Below, piece by piece: positions 7,984 through 16,960 of a stretch of DNA of 60,628 bases. Numbering within the stretch: the first letter of the stretch is position 1; every line of letters starts with the position of its first letter. Under the pieces are notes generated by a model. The model made no database searches, was not told the origin of the DNA, and worked only from the letters and a program-made list of their open reading frames with translations. The position numbers and the translations under genes were made by a program. This stretch comes from a virus: the IMG/VR virus record IMGVR_UViG_3300020811_000088, positions 1 to 60,628 of that record; one strand, written 5' to 3'.

Positions 7984-9843
7984 ATGACTACAGCATACAC
8001 ATCACTCTTGGGCTTGGCACTGCCGGTCACAGGGGAACTCAGTGGTACGTGGGGCGATACGGTTAATAACTCCATCACTTCGTTGCTGGACAGCGCCGTT
8101 GCAGGCACGACCACCCTGAGCACTGATTTGGATGTGACGCTGACCACCACGACTGGTGCAGCCAACACGGCGCGTGAGGCAATTCTCTTGTGCTCTGGCG
8201 CTCGCACAGCGCAGCGTACCATTACAGCTCCCGCCCAGTCCAAGATTTACACGATCATTAACGCCACGACTGGTGGCTTTGCGGTCAAGCTGGTCGGCGC
8301 GGGTCCCACCACCGGTATCACAATTGCCGCAGGCGAATCGGCTGTGGTCGCCTGGAACGGCTCGGACTTCATCAAGATCAGCAACACTGCTGGCGCAGGT
8401 GTTTTCAGTTCCATCACCAATACAGGCTTGACATCGGGCCGTGTGGTCTATAGCACCACAGGCGGTTTGGAAACAGACTCTGCCAATCTGACGTTTGACG
8501 GAACAACGCTTACAGCTAACGCTTTAACGGTCACAAACAACGTCACCCTCTCCGGTGGCACAGCCAACGGAGTGACCTACCTGAACGGCTCTAAGGTTGT
8601 TACTACGGGTAGTGCGCTGACGTTTGATGGGAGCAACCTTACAGTTTCTGCCGGGTTTCTGAAATCAGCTAACGCCGCAGGTTCATCGCTTGCTCGGCTT
8701 GTGCAGACTGGCACATCTAATGGCTTGTACATCACCACCGATGCAAGCTACAACACCATTTACAACGCATCTGGTGCAAGCGGCTATGCGCATATTTGGC
8801 AATCCGGTGATGCCGAACAAATGCGCCTGACCAGCACTGGTCTGGGCATCGGGACGAGTTCGCCTGCTTATAAGTTGGATGTTAGCGGAACAACAGCCCG
8901 ACTTGGCGGTGGCGGTTCCTATCCGCTGTACTTGATCGCGGACTCAGGCGGTTTGCAACTTTTCAACGCTTCTGGCGGCGCTACAGGCGATGGCGTGTAT
9001 TTGAATGGCGCATCGCATTATCTTGGGTTCTATACGAATAGTGCAGAAAAGATGCGCCTTGACATCTACGGCAACCTCGGCCTTGGTGTTACGCCGAGTG
9101 CGTGGGCTTCGACATACAAAGCAGTTCAAGTTGCATACGGAAGCCTATGGACGGCAACCAGTGCCCCTACTTTTGTTTCGGTCAGTGCAAACTCATATTA
9201 TTCGGCTGGTGGGTATACGTATTCCACAACCGGAGTTGCATCGGATTATTATCAGAACGCAGGCGCTCACGTTTGGCGCACAGCTGCCTCCGGCACAGCA
9301 GGAACAGCCATTACTTTCACCCAAGCAATGACGCTGGATGCAAGTGGGAATTTGCTGGTTGGGGCTACATCCCAGTTTGGTGGAGCAGATTGCAAACTGC
9401 AAGGCAAAAACGGGTCTAGTGCTCAATCAGTGTCGTTCCTTTGGAATGCCACGACTACTGGAGATGCTGCTTTTGTTGCGTTTGGAACAGAAACATCAAT
9501 TATTCAGCGTGGTTCAATCACATACAACCGCGCGGGTGGTTTGACCGTTTACAACACAACATCGGATTATCGGGCCAAAGACATTTACGGCCCTATTGCT
9601 GACAGTGGCGCATTGATTGACTCTGTGCCTGTTTACATGGGCAAAATGAAGGGTGCTACACAAGAGCGCCCAATGTTCATTGCTCACGAAACACCATCGT
9701 ATGCTCACACTGGCGAGAAAGACGCAGTTGATGCTGATGGCAACCCTGTGTATCAACAGATGGACGCAAGCGCACTTATCCCTGTGATGTGGGCAGAAAT
9801 CCAATCCCTCCGTAAACGCCTTGCAGACGCAGGCATCGCTTAA
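7984..9843 (+). CDS. Tail fibre/tailspike with C-terminal intramolecular chaperone (peptidase S74-type) domain
   Basis: N-terminus YTSLLGLALPVTGELSGTWGDTVNN; C-terminus TSDYRAKDIYGPI...ALIPVMWAEIQSLRKRL matches the S-D-x-R-x-K autoproteolytic chaperone signature. Confidence 0.75.
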   Translation: MTTAYTSLLGLALPVTGELSGTWGDTVNNSITSLLDSAVAGTTTLSTDLDVTLTTTTGAANTAREAILLCSGARTAQRTITAPAQSKIYTIINATTGGFAVKLVGAGPTTGITIAAGESAVVAWNGSDFIKISNTAGAGVFSSITNTGLTSGRVVYSTTGGLETDSANLTFDGTTLTANALTVTNNVTLSGGTANGVTYLNGSKVVTTGSALTFDGSNLTVSAGFLKSANAAGSSLARLVQTGTSNGLYITTDASYNTIYNASGASGYAHIWQSGDAEQMRLTSTGLGIGTSSPAYKLDVSGTTARLGGGGSYPLYLIADSGGLQLFNASGGATGDGVYLNGASHYLGFYTNSAEKMRLDIYGNLGLGVTPSAWASTYKAVQVAYGSLWTATSAPTFVSVSANSYYSAGGYTYSTTGVASDYYQNAGAHVWRTAASGTAGTAITFTQAMTLDASGNLLVGATSQFGGADCKLQGKNGSSAQSVSFLWNATTTGDAAFVAFGTETSIIQRGSITYNRAGGLTVYNTTSDYRAKDIYGPIADSGALIDSVPVYMGKMKGATQERPMFIAHETPSYAHTGEKDAVDADGNPVYQQMDASALIPVMWAEIQSLRKRLADAGIA

Positions 9844-9853
9844 AAGGAAAAAC

Positions 9854-10207
9854 ATGACCGATACCCTCACCTCCGTCACAACAATTTGGGAAGTCCAGTG
9901 GATGCAATGTTATCCACAAGCCGATGGACAGGTTGATGTGGTTTTCCAAGTTGGTTGGCAATGCTCAGGCAGTCAAACCAGCGGTGGCAACACTTACAAC
10001 GGCTCTGTTTACAGCACCTGTTCACTTCCAGCACCTACGGGTTCTGACTTTGTTCCCTACTCAAGCCTGACTGAACAAATGGTGCTTGGCTGGATTTGGG
10101 CAAATGGCGTGGACAAAACCGCTACTGAAGCTGCTGTGGCAACACAAATCGCCAACCAGATCAACCCGCCCGTGGTGACTCCACCGTTGCCTTGGGTTTC
10201 TGCCTGA
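9854..10207 (+). CDS. Hypothetical protein downstream of the tail fibre
   Basis: ATG 9854 preceded by AAAGGAAA; in frame with ORF 9821..10207. Confidence 0.5.
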   Translation: MTDTLTSVTTIWEVQWMQCYPQADGQVDVVFQVGWQCSGSQTSGGNTYNGSVYSTCSLPAPTGSDFVPYSSLTEQMVLGWIWANGVDKTATEAAVATQIANQINPPVVTPPLPWVSA

Positions 10208-10273
10208 TTCGCTGCATAATCCGTTCAAGGGGTTTCACGGCTACCCCATCTTAGCCGCTGCTGGAGTTTAAAA

Positions 10274-10465
10274 ATGAACGAAGAACTGAACACGCCTATC
10301 GCTTTGACGCTGCCCCTGGGTGCAGTCAACATGGTACTGGCTGCATTGGCAAAAGCCCCCTACGAACAGGTGGCTGATCTGGTGCAATCAATCCGCGAGC
10401 AGGCGATTCCGCAAGTCCCTATGCCTGAAATAAAGGATGCTCCGGCTCCTGAATCAGTGCAGTAA
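10274..10465 (+). CDS. Hypothetical small protein
   Basis: ORF followed by a terminator. Confidence 0.45.
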   Translation: MNEELNTPIALTLPLGAVNMVLAALAKAPYEQVADLVQSIREQAIPQVPMPEIKDAPAPESVQ

Positions 10466-10470
10466 ACCAG

Positions 10471-10488
10471 CGGCCTTCGGGCCGTTTT
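10471..10488 (+). terminator. Rho-independent terminator
   Basis: CGGCC-TTCG-GGCCG hairpin followed by TTTT. Confidence 0.65.
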
Positions 10489-10505
10489 CTCTATAGGCTC
10501 TGGCA

Positions 10506-10997
10506 ATGCTTGACCCAATCAGTATCAGTGCGGCATTTGCCATAGCCAAGAGCACCATCGCGGGTGTGCAAGAAGCCATCCAGATGGGCAAAGATTTGCA
10601 GGAGTGCTCCGGCGACCTGATTAAATTCTTCGAGATGCGAGACACCGTGGCCAAAGCGGCGGTGCAAGACAAGGGCAAGAAGCCGCGATCGGACATGGGC
10701 CAAGCCCTCGACACGGTGATGCAGGCCAAGGCGCTCAGAGACGCCGAAAAGAAGCTCAAAGAACAATTGATCTACTCTGGGCAAGGCGATGTGTGGGAAG
10801 CGATTCAGGCCGAATACAACCTGATCCAGTCCAACCGCAGGCGTGAAGAACGCGAGGCCGAAGAAGCCAAGAAACACCAGCGCGAAAAAATGGCGGAGGC
10901 CGTCGAGGTCCTGTTTATTGGGCTGGCCTCGTGCATGGCAGCGGGCTTCATTGGCTGGGCCACATTTGAATTTATCATTTACAAAATGAAAGGCTGA
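10506..10997 (+). CDS. Tail-anchored coiled-coil membrane protein (lysis-associated?)
   Basis: Charged helical body and C-terminal TM segment VLFIGLASCMAAGFIGWATFEFII; lies upstream of holin and endolysin. Confidence 0.4.
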   Translation: MLDPISISAAFAIAKSTIAGVQEAIQMGKDLQECSGDLIKFFEMRDTVAKAAVQDKGKKPRSDMGQALDTVMQAKALRDAEKKLKEQLIYSGQGDVWEAIQAEYNLIQSNRRREEREAEEAKKHQREKMAEAVEVLFIGLASCMAAGFIGWATFEFIIYKMKG

Positions 10998-10998
10998 T

Positions 10999-11514
10999 AT
11001 GGATGAACTTCTTTCTCTCCTCAAGGGCGTTGCGCCTGCTCTCGCTACCGCCGTTGCTGGCCCTTTGGGCGGCGCTGCTGTCAGTGCTATTGCCAGTAAA
11101 TTTGGCGTATCTGATTCTGTCGAAGCCGTGGCCAAAGCCATTGCTGGAGACCCTCAAGCGGCGCAGAAGCTGGCTGAGATAGACCTCAAGCAGTTTGAGT
11201 TGCACAACGCCAATACGGCAAATGCTCGGGCTATGCAGGTCGTGGCTCTCCAGCAAGATGACGTATTTTCTAAACGGTTCCTGATGTACTTTGCAATTGG
11301 CTGGAGTATTTGCGCTGTGGCCTACATTGGCTGCATCACATTTGCTGCAATCCCCCCTGCCAACATTCGGTTTGCAGATACGATTTTGGGCTTTGTGCTT
11401 GGTACGATTGTCAGCACGCTATTAAACTTTTTCTTCGGGTCAGCTCACGGCTCGACCGATAAACAGGAAACAATCAAAGAAGTTTTGCACAACAAAATGG
11501 AGCATGACAAGTGA
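10999..11514 (+). CDS. Putative holin (3-TM, GTA-holin-like)
   Basis: Ala/Gly-rich N-terminus, amphipathic helix, then TM segments FLMYFAIGWSICAVAYIGCITFAAI and ILGFVLGTIVSTLLNFFF; lies immediately upstream of the endolysin. Confidence 0.55.
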   Translation: MDELLSLLKGVAPALATAVAGPLGGAAVSAIASKFGVSDSVEAVAKAIAGDPQAAQKLAEIDLKQFELHNANTANARAMQVVALQQDDVFSKRFLMYFAIGWSICAVAYIGCITFAAIPPANIRFADTILGFVLGTIVSTLLNFFFGSAHGSTDKQETIKEVLHNKMEHDK

Positions 11515-12023
11515 AAGACAATTTCCCCAAAGCCCTCGCCGCAGTCCTCGTTCATGAGGGCGGCTTCGTCAACAACCCCAAAGACCCCGGCGGCATGACC
11601 AATCTAGGTTGCACCAAAGCGGTCTGGGAAGAGCACTGCGGCCACCCGGTGGACGAGAAGGCTATGCGGGCGCTGACACCCAATGATGTGGGCCCGCTGT
11701 ACAAGCGCAAATACTGGGACAAAGTTATGGGCGATGAACTGCCAGCGGGCGTGGACTACTGCGTGTTTGACGCGGCGATCAACAGCGGCCCGGGCCGCGC
11801 TGCCAAACTCCTGCAAGCCTGCGTTGGCGTGGAGCCTGATGGCGGCATTGGCCCCAAAACCTTGGCCGCAGTCCGCGCTGCCGACCCCAAGCAGCTCGTG
11901 CAGGACTATGCGAAACGGCGCTTATCATTTATGATGGACATACCTGCTTGGGCGACTTTTGGCAAGGGCTGGACTCGCCGGGTAAACGAAGTCGAGGCGG
12001 CAAGCCTCAAAATGATCCCATGA
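11511..12023 (+). CDS. Endolysin: GH108 N-acetylmuramidase with PG_binding_3 domain
   Basis: LVHEGGFVNNPKDPGGMTNLG, YWDKV, GVDYCVFDAAINSGPGRA, DGGIGPKTLAAV. Confidence 0.85.
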   Translation: MKDNFPKALAAVLVHEGGFVNNPKDPGGMTNLGCTKAVWEEHCGHPVDEKAMRALTPNDVGPLYKRKYWDKVMGDELPAGVDYCVFDAAINSGPGRAAKLLQACVGVEPDGGIGPKTLAAVRAADPKQLVQDYAKRRLSFMMDIPAWATFGKGWTRRVNEVEAASLKMIP

Positions 12024-12031
12024 GGTAAACC

Positions 12032-14130
12032 GTGCCATTAAAAAAGCTTGTCCAAAAAGCCGGTGTCAACCGCGAAAACACCCGCTACACCAATGAGAAC
12101 GGCTACTACGAGTCGGAGAAGGTGAGGTTTCGTCAGGGTACACCAGAAAAAGTGGGCGGCTGGCAGCGTATTTCTGCAGCTACGTTTCAAGGCATCTGCC
12201 GTTCTTTGTGGAACTGGGTTACTTTGGGCGGGCAAAACCTGCTTGGCGTTGGAACCAACCTCAAGTTTTATATTGAAAACGGCGGCGCTTACAACGATGT
12301 CACGCCCATTCGAACCACGGTAACATTAGGCGCTAGTCCGTTTGCCACAACCAATGCGTCCACCACGGTGGTTGTTACAGATTCCACTGGAGGCTGGGTC
12401 ACTGGTGACTTTGTCACCTTCAGCGGAGCAACCGCTGTTGCTGGCTTGGATTTAAACGGCGAATATCAAATCACCACGATCGGCACAAGCGCAACCACGT
12501 ACTCCATCCAAGCCGCCAGCGCGGCTAATGCAACCACCACCGGCGGTGGATCAGCCGTAGTCGCAGCCTACCAAGTAAACGTAGGCACGGCTTATGAAAT
12601 CCCATTGGTTGGCTGGGGTGCTGGGTCTTGGGGTTCTGGGTCTTGGGGTGTTGGTACATCTAGTTCGACGCAAATGCGTATTTGGAACCAAGCAAACTAT
12701 GGCGAGAACTTGCTGTTTGCTCCGTCTGGCGGGGCTATTTATATTTGGCAGGCAGCAAATGGATTGTCCACGCGCGGCGTCTTACTATCCAGCCTTGGCG
12801 GAACCGTGACATTTACCAGCGCCAGCCCCACAGTGGTCACTGCCACAACCGCTTTCACGCCCGGCACAGGACTGCAGTTTGCAGCCGCATCGGGTGGATC
12901 GTTGCCAATTGGTATCGCGGCGGGCGTCACATACTATGTGGATTCTTCCGTGTCAGGGTTAACGTTTAACTTAACCAACAGTGCTGGAGCTCAGATTAAC
13001 ACTTCGTCCACCGGCTCTGGCGTATATATCTCCAGCGTGGTTGATGTGCCGTCGGTTCAAACTCTGATCTTTGTATCCGATGTATCTCGGTTTGTTTTTG
13101 CATTTGGCTGCAATGATTACGGCGAAACCACGCAAGACTTGATGTTGATCCGCTGGTCAGACCAGCAGGATTATTTGAACTGGACCCCAGACGCAACCAG
13201 TCAAGCCGGCTATTTGCGCTTGTCGCATGGCTCGAAGATTGTGACCGCCTTGCAATCTCGGCAGGAAATTTTGGTGTGGACCGACTCCACGCTGTACTCT
13301 TTGCAATACTCTGGGCCCCCTGCTGTGTGGGGTTCTCAGTTGATGGGCGACAACATTTCGATTGCAAGCCAGAACTCATTGGCTATTGCCTCCGGGCTTG
13401 TGTATTGGATGGGCGTGGACAAGTTTTACAAATACGATGGCCGCGTGCAGACGTTGCGCTGTGACTTGCGCCAGTACATTTACAACGACATCAACTTGTC
13501 TCAGTCTGCGCAGTTTTTGCCAGCACGAATGAGGGCTTTAACGAGGTCTGGTTCTTCTATTGCTCGTCAAATTCGATTGCAATTGACCGGTATGTCACGT
13601 ACAACTACGCCGAAGATGTGTGGGCGTATGGCACTATGGGTCGGACGGCTTGGCTGGATTCTGGTCTGCGCAATTACCCGCTGGCTGCCACCTACAGCTA
13701 CAACGTGGTCAACCATGAGTACGGCGTGGACGATGCGGAAACAGCCACGACCCTGCCAATCTACGCCAAGATTTCTACGTCTGAGTTTGACATTGACGAC
13801 GGTGATCGGTTTGGTTTTGTGCGCCGCATCTTGCCCGACTTGACCTTCACAGGTTCGACTGCCACGAGCCCACAGGTTACTTTGACATTGACGCCAATGC
13901 AGAACTCGGGCTCTGGGTTTAACAGCCCACAATCTGTTGGCGGCACGAGCAACGCTTTGATTACCCGCTCAGCCACGGTTCCCATTGAAGCCTTTACTGG
14001 GCAGGTGTTTATCCGTGTGCGAGGCCGTCAGATGATCCTTACAATGGAGTCAAACCAGCTTGGCTGCACATGGCAGATGGGCTCGCATCGTTTGGACATT
14101 CGACCAGATGGTGGCCGGGGCAACACATGA
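12032..14130 (+). CDS. Tail tubular protein B-like (T7 gp12-like) tail protein, split by a 1-nt deficit in T5 run 13514..13518
   Basis: Frame 2 is protein-like up to ...NLSQSAQF. Frame 1 then continues ...ASTNEGFNEVWFFYCSSNSIAIDRYVTYNYAEDVWAYGTMGRTAWLD... The ORF track shows it as 12032..13843 and 13618..14130. Confidence 0.5.
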
Positions 14131-14384
14131 CCATCCCAAAAGTTAATATACCGCCTCCCAGTCTGCCGATTGCGCCGGAGCAGTATGACCGTTTTTGGCA
14201 AGAGTCTCTGCTCAAGGTGTTGCGCCTTTACTTTATTCGCAACAGCGCTCAACAAGACTTTTCGGTGCGAACTTTGAACATTGACACTGCCAGTCTGCCA
14301 ACAGAAGCCAGCCTTGCCACTTTGCGACCCGGTGATGTGTACCGGGATTCGACGGCGGGCAACGTGTTAAAAGTCAAAGTATGA
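14127..14384 (+). CDS. Hypothetical structural-module protein
   Basis: ATGA overlap with the upstream stop; MTIPKVNIPPPSLPIAPEQYDRFW... Confidence 0.5.
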   Translation: MTIPKVNIPPPSLPIAPEQYDRFWQESLLKVLRLYFIRNSAQQDFSVRTLNIDTASLPTEASLATLRPGDVYRDSTAGNVLKVKV

Positions 14385-15013
14385 CCATCATGAATTACTT
14401 TCCATTGCCGCCAGAAGCCGCATCAATTCCGCTGGATGATTACACGGGAGTGTTGGCTTTTTCTGGTGGCGTGGAATCGACGGCGCTGATGGTGCATTTG
14501 AAACAAACAGGTGAAAAGTTTGTGGCGTTTAATTTAGCCATCTCAATGCCAAATCCGCCATATGGTCCGATTGAAACATGGATGGCAAAGCAACGAATTA
14601 CGGCCAGACAAATTGCAGAAAAGCTGAATGTTCCTTTGCTTGAGTTGGACATGCAAATGACCAATTTAAACACGTTGCGCAAAGAGCCCCCGGCATTTAA
14701 TCGTGGAACAATACAGCGTTGGTATATCCGTTGGTATTTGGCTTTGTTGAGTGTATATAACCCAGAGATTAAAAATTTGTATTATGGGTTTAATAGTACA
14801 GATCACGGCGCAGATGCTGGCGTTGAGCACATGCTGGGTTTAATGGCGGGCGATTCCCAATTCCAATCCCCATTAGCTGAAACATCCAAGCATGCGCAGT
14901 GGGACATGATTCCAGATGACGTCAAGCCACTAGTTTTGACTTGCCATAATAATGTTTGCGGCAAGTGTTTTAAATGCCAAGAGCGCATTGATGCGGGGAT
15001 ACCACTCAAATGA
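14381..15013 (+). CDS. PP-loop ATPase, QueC/ExsB-like
   Basis: SGGVES PP-loop (14462..14479); C-terminal LTCHNNVCGKCFKCQER Cys cluster laid out as in QueC; visibly AT-richer than its flanks. Confidence 0.6.
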   Translation: MTIMNYFPLPPEAASIPLDDYTGVLAFSGGVESTALMVHLKQTGEKFVAFNLAISMPNPPYGPIETWMAKQRITARQIAEKLNVPLLELDMQMTNLNTLRKEPPAFNRGTIQRWYIRWYLALLSVYNPEIKNLYYGFNSTDHGADAGVEHMLGLMAGDSQFQSPLAETSKHAQWDMIPDDVKPLVLTCHNNVCGKCFKCQERIDAGIPLK

Positions 15014-16958
15014 GCAAAGATATTGTTTCAAGATTGTTAGAGGCGGGATTAACCCCATCCGAAGGCATTGACTGGCCTAAAGTTCATTTTGATGGCGGTG
15101 GCGCTGCGTCCTCCGGAGAAGGTGGTAATGGTTCTGCCGCTGCAGGAGATGGCGGGGACGGCGGAACTGGCGCGGCTTCTTCTGCCGCAGCGGGCACCGC
15201 TGGCGAAGGAACTGGCGAAGGAACTGGCGAAGGTGAGGGCGAATCTGGCGTTGCTGGTGTTGGAGGGGATTCTGGTAGCGGCGGCCCATCCAAAAACCAC
15301 GGCCTGCTGATGCAGTACGAATTGCCATACCTACGCCAAAAGAGCCTCGGTATACAGGCAAGAACTTAATTGAACAAGTTCAGAACGCCAACCCCGGATT
15401 AAAGCCGGCAGAAGCAAATGCAGTCGCAGCAAAACTGTACCACTCAGGCGTCACCGATTTAAATACCACCCAGGCTTACGGGTACGCTGATGCCAAAGTT
15501 GTGGATAAGCCTGCGGAGATTGATCCTTCGACTGGAGAGGTAATAAAAGAAGCGACGTACCGCGCACCTACGGCTGCCGACATTGATCCCGAGTACGACA
15601 TTGACATGACGACGGCCAAGGGCGACCCTGTGCCAACGTCGTTTGATTTGGGCAATCGGTTTACTGCTGATCTGTCTTTCCGCCCAGACGGCATGATTGC
15701 CTCTTCCGTAAATTACCATGAACCAGATCGCGGGTTCTTTGGCAACTTGCTTAGCAATCCAGTTTTTGGTTTGGCTGTTGCCGTCTTTGCTCCTGAGTTG
15801 CTGCCATCTCTGGGGGCATTTGCTGCGCCTGCGGTGATGGCCGCCACAGGCTTGGCTGCCGGCGAGGATCTTGATAAAGTTTTGACCAAGGCCGGTTTGG
15901 CGTATGCGGGGGCATCCGTAGCGGGCAACGTCACATCTGGGTTGTCCGATGTGGTGGGGTCTACAGCAGCCAAGACTATTGGAAACGTTGCCGGTCAAGA
16001 GGTGGCTTCTGGCGGGAAACTAGACCCTGTACAAGCATTGATTTCTGGCGGTTTAAGCGCGGGCACGGGCGCAGTGCTGGGCGAGATACCTGGGTTTGGA
16101 GACCTGAGTAAATCCGCACAAGCTGCCGTAACTTCTGCTGTTTCAAGAACCCTGCAAAACGGCGAGGTTGATCCAGCTTCCGCAGTTCGCGCTGCAATTG
16201 CTGCAGGAATCTCAACCGCGCAAGATACCGGCCCAAAGTCATCCGACATGATTACGGATTATTTTGCTCCGGGCGGAGAGGGGTATGTTGATACATCCGG
16301 CGACATCGGCACCAATTTTGCCAATGATTTTGCTGCCGATACACGGGGCGACTGGAATGAGATTACCGGCGAGTTTGTTCCAAACGAGAATGGAGGAACA
16401 ACCTTTGGCCAAATTAACCCAGAAACTTCTGGCAACGTAGACAACATGAGGGACTGGGCGTTTGACCCGGTCACCAGTAAGTGGGCTTGGACCGATCCCG
16501 CCACCGGCACAACCACCAATTACGACTACGCCACCCCAATTAAGGGCGGGCCACTGCAAACTGGAAAAGATATTGAGGTTAAGGCTGGGGCTGAAACCGG
16601 GGCATCAACCACTCCGGGCGGAAAGAGTACGGCTGCGGTTACCACTCCTGCCGTAACAAAGCCAGCCACTAAGCCCAGCACTCCATCTTCGGTTGCTGAT
16701 CCCCTGGCGGCTTTGCTATCTGGGTTGGCGGCAAATAAAGCAACGGCCGGATATATGCCTGGCGTTGGCGACGTAGCTCATATAAAATCCGATGACAGTC
16801 TGTACGGCTCTTTGCCGTGGGATGACACGCCTGCTACCTCGGCCAAAGATGAACAACCAAAAGACGCTGTTGACGCACTAGAACAGAGTCAATACGCAAT
16901 CGGTGGACACGTTGACGACTTTGACGCGGACACCTTGTTAAACATTTTGAGGAGCTGA
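15010..16958 (+). CDS. Internal virion protein candidate with Gly-rich N-terminal region, split by a 1-nt deficit (best site A5 run 15292..15296)
   Basis: The frame of ORF 15501..16958 stays open back to 15237 and reads ...KPRPADAVRIAIPTPKEPRYTGKNLIEQVQNANPGLKPAEANAV... Joining it to ORF 15010..15369 at GGPSK|K gives a length that is a multiple of 3. Confidence 0.5.
15202..15240 (+). repeat. 12-nt tandem repeat (ggcgaaggaact x2.5) encoding (GEGT)n
   Basis: Read directly at 15202..15237. Confidence 0.7.
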
Positions 16959-16960
16959 AT

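Noticed and set aside
14381-15013. Reading the QueC-like gene as evidence for a 7-deazaguanine (preQ0/archaeosine) DNA-modification system.
   Set aside because: No FolE, QueD, QueE or DpdA/TGT homolog was recognisable anywhere in the genome. I keep it as an orphan PP-loop enzyme of unknown substrate.
15084-15361. Pro-rich and Arg-rich ORFs on both strands across the Gly-rich region (for example PSPVPSPVPSP on the - strand).
   Set aside because: They are artefacts of the GGN/GAA repeat coding for (GEGT)n in the + strand gene 15010..; no independent gene signals are present.
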